DNA of 64,000 nucleotides from Macrostomum lignano (Eukaryota): NCBI GenBank assembly GCA_002269645.1, contig NIVC01000181.1, positions 647,693 to 711,692 of the forward strand, read 5' to 3'. Shown piece by piece: positions 8,226 to 28,404 of this stretch (position 1 is its first letter; each line of letters starts with the position of its first letter). The notes under the pieces were generated by a model. It saw only the letters and a program-made list of their open reading frames with translations, ran no database searches and was not told where the DNA came from. The position numbers and the translations under genes were made by a program.

Positions 8226-9005
8226 TTATAGGCTGCCGTCTGAACAGATTTCCAACCATTCCCTCCACTGTAGAACGGTTCTCTCAATTGATAAAAGTAA
8301 ATACGCCGCTAGGAGCCCCCGGTTGCTGCTGCGCGCTTCGTAAAGACAGTTGAGATATGTGTCTCTATTTGCATACGCAAATGATACGGGTTCTGGCAGA
8401 ATCCGGTTGATCAACTTTGATAATAACAACCTAGCAGTTCTACCATTGCCGTCGCTAAAGGGGTGTATGGTGAGAAACTTTTCTAGGAAATATGCTCCTG
8501 TCACTACTGCATCACGCAAGATTTGTGGCTCTTTTATGTCTCTAGTTAATTTTACCAGCTGCCGTTCAATATTTTCTGGGGCACTGTAATACATACTCGC
8601 GCCTGCTGGCTTGGCGTGCTTAATTCTATACGATCCTGCATTCGGGAGCAGTCCTCTGCACACGCGTGTGTGAACTTGTCTAACAAACTCTGTGTCAATT
8701 AACCCCCTCGTGTCATTGAGGTGTATTGCCGCACTCCATAGATTGGCTGTGACCATACAGGACCGGGTTTTTATCGCTTCTTCTGCTTCCTCCCAAGTCA
8801 ACGCCACCTCTCTCTCCTCAATGTTTACTTCAGTTACGAATGCCAGCCGGGCTAGATACGTGAATTCTAAGCGCTCCTTTGCGGTCAATCCCTCGATTCT
8901 TTTCCTAGTGTCTGATAACAATCTTTCAATGAGGGGTAATCTGGCGCGCACGCTCTCGTTGCTGAAATAGGGGTTATCAGTTATACCCTCTTCCATGTTC
9001 TCCAT
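8226..9005 (-). CDS. fic: Fic-domain protein (putative AMPylase)
   Basis: Complete catalytic motif HPFSDGNGRTAR, plus HTRVCRG..PNAGSYR flap region. Confidence 0.93.
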   Translation of the reverse strand: MENMEEGITDNPYFSNESVRARLPLIERLLSDTRKRIEGLTAKERLEFTYLARLAFVTEVNIEEREVALTWEEAEEAIKTRSCMVTANLWSAAIHLNDTRGLIDTEFVRQVHTRVCRGLLPNAGSYRIKHAKPAGASMYYSAPENIERQLVKLTRDIKEPQILRDAVVTGAYFLEKFLTIHPFSDGNGRTARLLLSKLINRILPEPVSFAYANRDTYLNCLYEARSSNRGLLAAYLLLSIERTVLQWREWLEICSDGSL

Positions 9006-9034
9006 ACAGAGGGTTTTGTACACTGCTTCTATTT

Positions 9035-9720
9035 ATGGTTGCATTAACACGTTGCTCGCGGCCTGTCTGTCCCTCTGCAGCCTGGGGGAGCTCTCTATCA
9101 CTCACCGCCGGTCTGTCCCTCTACCACCCCGGCCTGGGGAAGCTCTCTGTCCCTCCGTGTGACTCACACTCCCTCTCTGTCCACGCCGCGTGCTGCGACA
9201 TGCCAGGGCAGCGCAGGGTGCCTCCACGCACTCTCTGTCCCAGCACCCCGTGTCTCTTTGTACCCCACCTCATACTGCTACAGGGGGCCGCCTGTTATCT
9301 GTCCCTTGCTACAGGGGGATGGCGGCTCTCCACGCACTACCCCTCCTGCTACAGGGGCTGCTCTCTGTCCCCCGCATGGGGGCCGGTTGCTCAGTGTACA
9401 GGGCTGCGTCAGCATCGGGGGTTTCCTTCCTACACTAACCGCGTGCACACGACATTGGTGGGAGGGGCGGGAATCCCCCCGCCGGATGTACACCCCGAGG
9501 GAGGCCCATGCGCTGAAGGTACACTCGCTGGACGCCCAGCCGGCCGGATGTACACTCGCGGGAGGCCCACCCCGCTGGAGGTACACTCGCTGGACACCCA
9601 CCCCGCTGGAGGTACACCCCGGGGGAGGTGGTACACCCCGAGGGAGCACCTTGCCGCGGTGCTAGAGGCCGACATCAGCCCGACGGACCTTCGCAAAATC
9701 GCGCCATACGGAATCCCTTA
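9035..9720. repeat. GC-rich subterminal region of the Polinton with short direct repeats (probable TIR)
   Basis: 7x TCTGTCC (9066-9370), 3x TGCTACAGGGG, 6x GTACAC (9488-9636); no credible ORF. Confidence 0.6.
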
Positions 9721-9849
9721 GTAGTTAGAAGACTTTACACAACCAGCCTGTTGCTAAACTCTTTCCTCCAATCTGGTAAATATTATTCCCTAGCTTTACT
9801 ATTAAAAGTAACAAAGACGCGTCAGAAAGGCAAGAAATGAAAGAAATGG

Positions 9850-10036
9850 ACGGCAACATCGAGTGGTCCGTCAGCAACGGGTCTGCGAGCGCCATTAGCG
9901 AAAAGAGCTGAAGGAACCGTGATCGGAGCTGCTCATCGACATTGGGCATCCCGCGAGAGATCACCACCCGCATCGACCGCAGTTTGATTTCAAAGAATCC
10001 GAGGACTTCCTGAAGGCGTGCGGCATCGACCATCAA
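9850..10036 (+). pseudogene. Decayed Ty3/Gypsy-like integrase fragment
   Basis: Across frameshifts reads GIPREITT ... PQFDFKESEDFLKACGIDH, matching the rve core GxPxxIxTDNGxQF ... FxxFLxxxGIxH. Confidence 0.45.
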
Positions 10037-11027
10037 TAAGCTTTATTTTGTCATTCTCGAAGCCATTCCAGCTTCGGTAACCCCAGAGCCTGCTTATTGG
10101 GTTAGCAACTCAGTAGCACTGAACTGTCATTTTCCCTCAGAAATATCTATGCATTCGAATGTAGCCACATCTGCTCATTCAAGCTAGTGCAATCGCTAAT
10201 TTCTGGGGGTTGGAGTTCTAACTGCCTCTGAGTCAATTCGGAGTAAGTCTCGTCTTCAAGTCGCCGAATTCATCAGCAGTCGCCCAAATCACGATTTTAC
10301 AGACGCCCCATTTTAGCGCAGTTACCTCAGATACTGTGTAAACTGTCATTAAATTCGCAGCTGCCAACTGCTCAACACAACGGTCTTATATTCGACTCAA
10401 TCTACGCAACTCGAAGACTCAAGCAATCATGAAGTGGCAGCTCGCTCTCAGACATTTGCTGAGGAGCCTACCCAGTAAGAGGCCATGGCCGTCCAACGTG
10501 GACGAGCTAAACATGTCGCATCGAACTCCGACTTAATTTGAAATCTGAATGTACGCTCGTAAAAAGGTGAACTCTGCACTGCGGCTTCTATTTTCACCCG
10601 ATTAGCTCTACCAAATATAAAGTGAACCAGCAACAAAATCCTGTTTAAGCGACCAGTACAACTAAAAACGATTTGGTTTTCTGAAGTAGTCCAAGCCGTA
10701 ACATTTTGTACGAGCGTACGTTAATGAGTAATGAGGACGATTGTCTTCTTGACTCAGTTTAAATCCTACGTCTTCTAGAATATTAAATAATGTGCAATTT
10801 CCTGCAGTCCCGCCCCGGTGTCTTCGAGTTTGCAGATTTTGTCGGACTTGAAGCGACAACAATTTTAATGCCTGTTTTTCATCTTGCTAACGTATTTAAA
10901 TCAAGATTGGCTTTCAAATGAATTTTAATTCTGACAAAACTTCGGGATAAAACCGTAACTTCTAGCGGTTCCTGCGTCCTTCTCAGAGAACAGAATACGA
11001 TGATAGTGAAGAACAAAGCAAGCTTAC

Positions 11028-11144
11028 CTGGTTACCATGACGAAGCACCTGGAGTGGCTTTCCAACCAGTCTGATGCTGCTCTCGGCTGCCACCAAGGCA
11101 AATGCCAACAAGAACACAAAGCTGCGGCAGATTCTTCTCGTCAT
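11028..11144 (-). CDS. Probable first coding exon of a secreted or membrane host protein (signal peptide)
   Basis: MTRRICRSFVFLLAFALVAAESSIRLVGKPLQVLRHGNQ followed by donor CAG|GTAAGC. Confidence 0.45.
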
Positions 11145-11674
11145 GCTCCAGTTGCCGACTGGATTGTTGAGTCGCTGCGGGTTGCTTTTCGGGTTAAGGA
11201 TCAGCTTTTTGGCCGATTATAAAAAATAATCTTGGGGAGTTTCGTAAGCAAGCCCCCTCCCATATTTTCGGCTGTCACAGCTGTTGCACTCTACTTACCT
11301 TTCATTATTCTCTCTCTTTCTCGCTCGCTCGCTCTTTTACTATGTGCATGTTCCCCCTCCTGACTGGCCAAAGCAGAATATCAAGATTGCACAGTTTCTA
11401 GCGATTTAGGCCAGCCCCCCTTACATGTATATCTGTCTCTTGCTCTCTCTGTTTTGGGGCCACGTGGCTAACAACGAATTTTGTCAATTGCATGGCAGAG
11501 AGCGGGGGCCGGGCGTGCGACCAGATTGCTTTACTACACCGAATTTTTGTCTCGTTCTGACCAGGGCGCGCTCTCTTTGCTTCGTATCGTTATTGGTAGC
11601 AGTTAGGATTACTTGAAGAGTCATTGAGATTCATTTTGGCATTTTCGTGGGGTAAAAAACGGAGGGGTAAAGGG

Positions 11675-12260
11675 AGAGGGAGTGGGAGAGGGAGATTAAA
11701 GAGAAGTAGAAGGAGTGGCAGAGGTAGAGAGAGGGGAAGAGAGAGAGGTAGACGGAGAGGAAGAGGGGGTAGAAAGAGGAAGAGAGAGGGAGAGGGATAA
11801 GGAGAGGGAGAGGGAGTGGGAGGAAGAGAGAAGAGAAGGGAGTTAGAGCGAGAGAAGTAGAGAGGTAGAGGGAGAGAAGAGGTAAAGGGAGAGGGAGAGG
11901 GAGAGGGATAGGGAGAGGAAGAGGGAGAGGTAGAGGGAGAGGGAGAGGGAGAGGAATAGAGGAATAGGAAGAGGAAGAGGGAGAGGTAGAGAGAGTGAGA
12001 GGGAGAGGTAGAGGGAGAGGGAGAGGGAGAGGTAGAGGAGAGAGAGAGGTAGAAGGAGAGGGAGAGGTAGAGGGAGAGGGAGAGGTAGAGCGAGAGGTAG
12101 AGCGAGAGGTAGAGGTAGAGGGAGATGGAGAGTTAGAGAGGTAGAAGGAGAGGGATAAGGAGAGTGAGAGGACGAGGGGGAGAAAGAGAGAGGGGAAGGG
12201 AGCTGGAGCGGGAGAAGTAGAGAGGTAGAGGGAGACGTAGAGGGAGAGGTAGAGGGACAG
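11675..12260. repeat. GA-rich low-complexity/microsatellite tract
   Basis: Nearly pure purine (AG/AGGG/AGAGGT) run. Confidence 0.95.
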
Positions 12261-12870
12261 CAAAAATCAATGCTACGAGCTAAAAAAGACAAGCCGAGCA
12301 ATTGTTTCTTAATTCTTCAACTTCAGTGCCCGAGCGTACAGTTTTATATTTGTATGGTTTAAGTTTATACTTGCATGGCGTATTGTATTTTCTTGACACT
12401 TTAATTTTTATTCTTACGGGAGTAAAATGTTAGAAAAAGAAAAGTACATATTGTACTCCTTGCTAATAAAGTAGCATAAGTACTTCCACAGTCGGTACAT
12501 TGTATAGAGAGAGTCCTTCGTCGATAAACAAAGCAGAGGGGTCAGTTTTTGAAAAGTTTAAAGGCCCTTCATTACGTTGGGTGTCTCGATTTCAACAGAA
12601 GCGAAAACTTGCCGATAAAAAATACAATTCGACAAACAAAAATGCCACGTACGAGCTATTTACCGGTACGCGTACTTCCAGTGTTGCGGATGATACAGTG
12701 GGTAAGAGCATATGGTAGTTACTACTCATACGAAGTACATAGAGTTATGAAAATGAAACAAACTGCTTTGAGCAGAGAAAAAGTTTTGGACGTGTTCAAA
12801 AGCCTGTCAGAAGCTTGAATGCCTTGCTTGCACTTCTGTCTAATTTGCTTATATCAACTAAAGCCGGCTT

Positions 12871-17135
<4,265 letters not shown>

Positions 17136-17274
17136 CCACGGCCCGAGACTGCCGGCATGTTTTGAAGCGCTTGTATTGGGAAAATTCGGGTTGGCAGGCA
17201 ATGGAACAGTTTAAAGTACAGTGTATAAGAGTATTCGGTGTAAAGTTTTCGCAATAAATCCAAGGAAGAACCCA

Positions 17275-20200
17275 ATGCAAAGAAAGGGTAAGGAGGGAGA
17301 AAAGCCCGATGCAAAAAGGGTAGGGAGGGAGATAAGCCCGATGCAAAAAGGGTAGGGTGGAAATAAGCCCGATGCAAAAAGGGTAGGGAGGGAGATAAGC
17401 CCGATGCAAAATGGGTAGGGAGGGAGATAAGCCCGATGCAAAAAGGGTAGGGAGGGAGATAAGCCCGATGCAAAAAGGGTAGGGAAGAAATAAGCCCGAT
17501 GCAAAAAGGGTAGGGAGGGAGATAAACCCGATGCAAAAAGGGTAGGGAGGGAGATAAGCCCGATGCAAAAAGGGTAGGGAGGGAGATAAACCCGATGCAA
17601 AAAGGGTAGGGTGGAAATAAGCCCGATGCAAAAAGGGTAGGGAGGGAGATAAGCCCGATGCAAAATGGGAAGGGTGGAAATAAGCCCGATGCAAAAAGGG
17701 TAGGGAGGGAGATAAACCCGATGCAAAAAGGGTAGGGTGGAAATAAGCCCGATGCAAAAAGGGTAGGGAGGGAGATAAACCCGATGCAAAAAGGGTAGGG
17801 AGGGAGATAAGCCCGATGCAAAAAGGGTAGGGTGGAAATAAGCCCGATGCAAAAAGGGTAGGGAGGGAGATAAGCCCGATGCAAAATGGGTAGGGAGGGA
17901 GATAAGCCCGATGCAAAAAGGGTAGGGAGGGAGATAAGCCCGATGCAAAAAGGGTAGGGTGGAAATAAGCCCGATGCAAAAAGGGTAGGGAGGGAGATAA
18001 ACCCGATGCAAAAAGGGTAGGGAGGGAGATAAGCCCGATGCAAAAAGGGTAGGGAGGGAGATAAACCCGATGCAAAAAGGGTAGGGTGGAAATAAGCCCG
18101 ATGCAAAAAGGGTAGGGAGGGAGATAAGCCCGATGCAAAATGGGAAGGGTGGAAATAAGCCCGATGCAAAAAGGGTAGGGAGGGAGATAAACCCGATGCA
18201 AAAAGGGTAGGGTGGAAATAAGCCCGATGCAAAAAGGGTAGGGAGGGAGATAAACCCGATGCAAAAACGGTAGGGAGGGAGATAAGCCCGATGCAAAAAG
18301 GGTAGGGTGGAAATAAGCCCGATGCAAAAAGGGTAGGGAGGGAGATAAGCCCGATGCAAAATGGGTAGGGAGGGAGATAAGCCCGATGCAAAATGGGTAG
18401 GGAGGGAGATAAACCCGATGCAAAAAGGGTAGGGAGGGAGATAAGCCCGATGCAAAAAGGGTAGGGAGGGAGATAAACCCGATGCAAAAAGGGTAGGGTG
18501 GAAATAAGCCCGATGCAAAAAGGGTAGGGAGGGAGATAAGCCCGATGCAAAATGGGAAGGGTGGAAATAAGCCCGATGCAAAAAGGGTAGGGAGGAAGAT
18601 AAACCCGATGCAAAAAGGGTAGGGTGGAAATAAGCCCGATGCAAAAAGGGTAGGGAGGGAGATAAACCCGATGCAAAAAGGGTAGGGAGGGAGATAAGCC
18701 CGATGCAAAAAGGGTAGGGTGGAAATAAGCCCGATGCAAAAAGGGTAGGGAGGGAGATAAGCCCGATGAAAAATGGGTAGGGAGGGAGATAAGCCCGATG
18801 CAAAATGGGTAGGGAGGGAGATAAACCCGATGCAAAAAGGGTAGGGAGGGAGATAAGCCCGATGCAAAAAGGGTAGGGTGGAAATAAGCCCGATGCAAAA
18901 AGGGTAGGGAGGGAGATAATAAGCCCGATGCAAAAAGGGTAGGGTGGAAATAAGCCCGATGCAAAAAGGGTAGGGAGGGAGATAAGCCCGATGCAAAATG
19001 GGTAGGGAGGGAGATAAGCCCGATGCAAAATGGGTAGGGAGGGAGATAAGCCCGATGCAAAAAGGGTAGGGAGGGAGCAAAGCCCGATGCAAAATGGATA
19101 GGGAGGGAGATAAGCCCGATGCAAAAAGGGTAGGGAGGGAGATAAACCCGATGCAAAAAGGGTAGGGTGGAAATAAGCCCGATGCAAAAAGGGTAGGGAG
19201 GGAGATAAGCCCGATGCAAAATGGGAAGGGTGGAAATAAGCCCGATGCAAAAAGGGTAGGGAGGGAGATAAACCCGATGCAAAAAGGGTAGGGTGGAAAT
19301 AAGCCCGATGCAAAAAGGGTAGGGAGGGAGATAAACCCGATGCAAAAAGGGTAGGGAGGGAGATAAGCCCGATGCAAAAAGGGTAGGGTGGAAATAAGCC
19401 CGATGCAAAAAGGGTAGGGAGGGAGATAAGCCCGATGCAAAATGGGTAGGGAGGGAGATAAGCCCGATGCAAAAAGGGTAGGGAGGGAGATAAGCCCGAT
19501 GCAAAAAGGGTAGGGTGGAAATAAGCCCGATGCAAAAAGGGTAGGGAGGGAGATAAACCCGATGCAAAAAGGGTAGGGAGGGAGATAAGCCCGATGCAAA
19601 AAGGGTAGGGAGGGAGATAAACCCGATGCAAAAAGGGTAGGGTGGAAATAAGCCCGATGCAAAAAGGGTAGGGAGGGAGATAAGCCCGATGCAAAATGGG
19701 AAGGGTGGAAATAAGCCCGATGCAAAAAGGGTAGGGAGGGAGATAAACCCGATGCAAAAAGGGTAGGGTGGAAATAAGCCCGATGCAAAAAGGGTAGGGA
19801 GGGAGATAAACCCGATGCAAAAAGGGTAGGGAGGGAGATAAGCCCGATGCAAAAAGGGTAGGGTGGAAATAAGCCCGATGCAAAAAGGGTAGGGAGGGAG
19901 ATAAGCCCGATGCAAAATGGGTAGGGAGGGAGATAAGCCCGATGCAAAATGGGTAGGGAGGGAGATAAACCCGATGCAAAAAGGGTAGGGAGGGAGATAA
20001 GCCCGATGCAAAAAGGGTAGGGAGGGAGATAAACCCGATGCAAAAAGGGTAGGGTGGAAATAAGCCCGATGCAAAAAGGGTAGGGAGGGAGATAAGCCCG
20101 ATGCAAAATGGGAAGGGTGGAAATAAGCCCGATGCAAAAAGGGTAGGGAGGAAGATAAACCCGATGCAAAAAGGGTAGGGTGGAAATAAGCCCGATGCAA

Positions 20201-21108
20201 AAAGGGTAGGGAGGGAGATAAACCCGATGCAAAAAGGGTAGGGAGGGAGATAAGCCCGATGCAAAAAGGGTAGGGTGGAAATAAGCCCGATGCAAAAAGG
20301 GTAGGGAGGGAGATAAGCCCGATGAAAAATGGGTAGGGAGGGAGATAAGCCCGATGCAAAATGGGTAGGGAGGGAGATAAACCCGATGCAAAAAGGGTAG
20401 GGAGGGAGATAAGCCCGATGCAAAAAGGGTAGGGTGGAAATAAGCCCGATGCAAAAAGGGTAGGGAGGGAGATAATAAGCCCGATGCAAAAAGGGTAGGG
20501 TGGAAATAAACCCGATGCAAAAAGGGTAGGGAGGGAGATAAGCCCGATGCAAAATGGGTAGGGAGGGAGATAAGCCCGATGCAAAATGGGTAGGGAGGGA
20601 GATAAGCCCGATGCAAAAAGGGTAGGGAGGGAGAAAAGCCCGATGCAAAATGGATAGGGAGGGAGATAAGCCCGATGCAAAATGGGTAGGGAGGGAGATA
20701 AGCCCGATGCAAAAAGGGTAGGGAGGGAGATAAGCCCGATGCAAAAAGGGTAGGGAGGGAGAAAAGCCCGATGCAAAATGGGTAGGGAGGGAGATAAGCC
20801 CGATGCAAAATGGGTAGCGAGGGAGATAAGCCCGATGCAAAATGGGTAGGGAGGGAGATAAGCCCGATGCAAAATGGGTAGGGAGGGAGATAAGCCCGAT
20901 GCAAAATGGGTAGGGAGGGAGAAAAGCCCGATGCAAAATGGGTAGGGAGGGAGAAAAGCCCGATGCAAAATGGGTAGGGAGGGAGATAAGCCCGATGCAA
21001 AATGGGTAGGGAGGGAGATAAGCCCGATGCAAAATGGGTAGCGAGGGAGATAAGCCCGATGCAAAATGGGTAGGGAGGGAGATAAGCCCGATGCAAAATG
21101 GGTAGGGA
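17275..21108. repeat. 31/32 bp satellite (GGGAGGGAGATAAGCCCGATGCAAAAAGGGTA), about 120 units, with a ~1556 bp higher-order duplication
   Basis: Direct; rare variants recur 1556 bp apart. Confidence 0.97.
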
Positions 21109-21671
21109 GCTAATCCTTATCACCTTAAGGCCAAGGGCCTTAGGTAGCATATAGCCATAGGCCACAGCGAAAGAGAAGGGACGGACTTCTTCAGTTTGGA
21201 TACATAAAATACTTGCGATATTCGGATTGACCTGAAACTTTTAGATCAGCACCCTCAAAAACCCCGGGAGAAACCTTTTGCAGATGTGTGAAGGTGTACC
21301 GACCGGCGCCCATCCTCATCTCGCTTACCAATTACTCAACGGGCGAACGGGTCTTCCTGAAGTACGGAGACAATTCCTTCTGAGCATGGTATCGAGTAAG
21401 CTGAGCAGAAATGCCGTCGGGAAGCTGAGAATTTCGATGCCAACTTAAGCAGATTTCCCGCTATTTAAAAAATGAGAATAGCATGAGGGGGCACTGTATT
21501 CAATACCGAACAGTTAATGCCATAGACTACGACCTACTTGAAGACTCGCTTGCCTTGGCATTTGAACTTCTAATTTTGACACAAGCTTTTGCTACAGCAA
21601 GGAGTTGCTAGATTTAAAATTCCTTGGCTACAGATGCAATATTTGTACTTCTTCCCAAGTCACCCACAGCT

Positions 21672-22207
21672 GATGCTGACAATAGAGATGCTAGGGGAAT
21701 CAGGGAGTGTGTCAGGTTATGGCTGAGACTTGACAATAGAGATGCTAGGGGAATCAGGGAGTGTGTCAGGTTATGGCTGAGACTTGACAATAGAGATGCT
21801 AGGGGAATCAGGGAGTGTGTCAGGTTATGGCTGATGCTGACAATAGAGATGCTAGGGAAATCAGCGAGTGTGTCAGGTTTTGGCTGATGCTGACAATAGA
21901 GATGCTAGGGGAATCAGGGAGTGTGTCAGTTATGGCTGATGCTGACAATAGAGATGCTAGGGGAATCAGGGAGTGTGTCAGTTATGGCTGATGCTGACAA
22001 TAGAGATGCTAGGGGAATCAGCGAGTGTGTCAGGTTATGGCTGATGCTGACAATAGAGATGCTAGGGGAATCAGGGAGTGTGTCAGGTTATGGCTGATGC
22101 TGACAATAGAGATGCTAGGGGAATCAGCGAGTGTGTCAGGTTATGGCTGATGCTGACAATAGAGATGCTAGGGGAATCAGTGAGTGTGTCAGGTTATGGC
22201 TGAGACT
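21672..22207. repeat. 52-54 bp minisatellite (TGACAATAGAGATGCTAGGGGAATCAGGGAGTGTGTCAGGTTATGGCTGATGC)
   Basis: About 10 tandem units. Confidence 0.93.
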
Positions 22208-22604
22208 GACAGAACCTGAGAGGGTCGCTTTGATAAAAATAACAATACAAAGTTAAGATTTGGTTTGTTACATAACTAAGGCAATGCCCGTTTTGATAAT
22301 TTTCTTTGATAAAAGTATCATTACAACGCATTAACCGAAGTAAATTGAGGGTAACACACAATATAAAATTCCAATGTGTGAGACAGTATCGATGCTCAAT
22401 AAATAAGTCATAGGTGAACTCAATATCGCAATGCAATAAAGCAGTTAGACAGTATGAAAACACCGAATATAATGCGCAATGACTAATAACAATGTCAACG
22501 CGCTGGTGACACTACTAGGTTTATAAGTAGGATACAAACTTCAGAAAGAGCTCTATGTAGGCTAAAGTAAACTCGGCGAAAATTTAAAATTTAAAGCCGG
22601 GTAC

Positions 22605-23572
22605 AGAGGGAGACAAGCCCGATTTGAGTGGGCGGGGGGTAGAGAGTGAGATAAGCCCGATTTGAGTGGGGGTAGAGAGTGAGATAAGCCTGACTTGAGT
22701 GGGGGGGGGGTAAAGAGGGAGACAAGCCCGATTTGAGTGGGCGGGTGGTAAAGAGGGAGACAAGCCCGATTTGAGTGGGCGGGGGGTAAAGAGGGAGACA
22801 AGCCCGATTTGAGTGGGCGGGGGGTAAAGAGGGAGACAAGCCCGATTTGAGTGGGCGGGGGGTAAAGAGGGAGACAAGCCCGATTTGAGTGGGCGGGGGT
22901 AAAGAGGGAGACAAGCCCGATTTGAGTGGGCGGGGGGGGTAAAGAGGGAGATAAGCCCGATTTGAGAGGGCGGGGGGGTAAAGAGGGAGACAAGCCCGAT
23001 TTGAGTGGGGGCAAAGAGGGAGACAAGCCCTATTTGAGTGGGGGGTAAAGAGGGAGACAAGCCCGAATTGAGTGGGCGGGGGGGTAAAGAGGGAGACAAG
23101 CCTGATTTGAGTGGGGGGTAAAGAGGGAGACAAGCCCGATTTGAGTGGGCGGGGGTAAAGAGGGAGACAAGCCCGATTTGAGTGGGCGGGGGGTAAAGAG
23201 GGAGACAAGCCCGATTTGAGAGGGCGGGGGGTAAAGAGGGAGACAAGCCCGATTTGAGTGGGCGGGGGGTAAAGAGGGAGACAAGCCCGATTTGAGTGGG
23301 GGGGTAAAGAGGGAGACAAGCCCGATTTGAGTGGGCGGGGGGTAAAGAGGGAGACAAGCCCGATTTGAGTGGGCGGGGGGGGTAAAGAGGGAGACAAGCC
23401 CGATTTGAGTGGGGGGTAAAGAGGGAGACAAGCCCGATTTGAGTGGGGGGTAAAGAGGGAGACAAGCCCGATTTGAGTGGGGGGTAAAGAGGGAGACAAG
23501 CCCGATTTGAGTGGGAGTAGAGAGGTAGATAAGTCAGATTTGAGTGGGGGGGTAGAGAGGTAGATAAGCCCG
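22605..23572. repeat. ~35-40 bp G-rich minisatellite (GTAAAGAGGGAGACAAGCCCGATTTGAGTGGGCGGGG)
   Basis: Tandem units with variable G-run. Confidence 0.94.
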
Positions 23573-23627
23573 ACTTCTCTCACAGAGAAAGCGAGCCAGA
23601 CGGGATCTCATCGCATCTCAAAGCTAC

Positions 23628-28404
<4,777 letters not shown>

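Larger units (their letters stand above)
619..9037 (-). promoter_or_regulatory. Recurrent TATAAATA(A/G)A-type boxes (TATA box and/or poly(A) signal) at Polinton gene junctions
   Basis: Minus-strand boxes at 619-628, 2380-2389, 2745-2754, 3913-3922, 5102-5111, 6131-6140, 7321-7330, 8221-8230 and 9028-9037. Confidence 0.7.
1..9720 (-). mobile_element. Polinton/Maverick (adintovirus-like) endogenous dsDNA virus; right-hand part, left part (presumably pPolB and the other TIR) outside the window
   Basis: Co-oriented ATPase, adenain protease, MCP, penton and rve integrase are the Polinton core set. A GC-rich repeat region follows at 9035-9720. Exact terminus and TSD not identified. Confidence 0.95.

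Noticed and set aside
9035-9721. GC-rich ORFs on both strands
   Set aside because: Products of the subterminal repeats, with no protein motifs
9720-9725. AGTAGT as the Polinton terminus
   Set aside because: A right-hand terminus should read ACTACT on the plus strand; the orientation is wrong and no matching end or TSD is available
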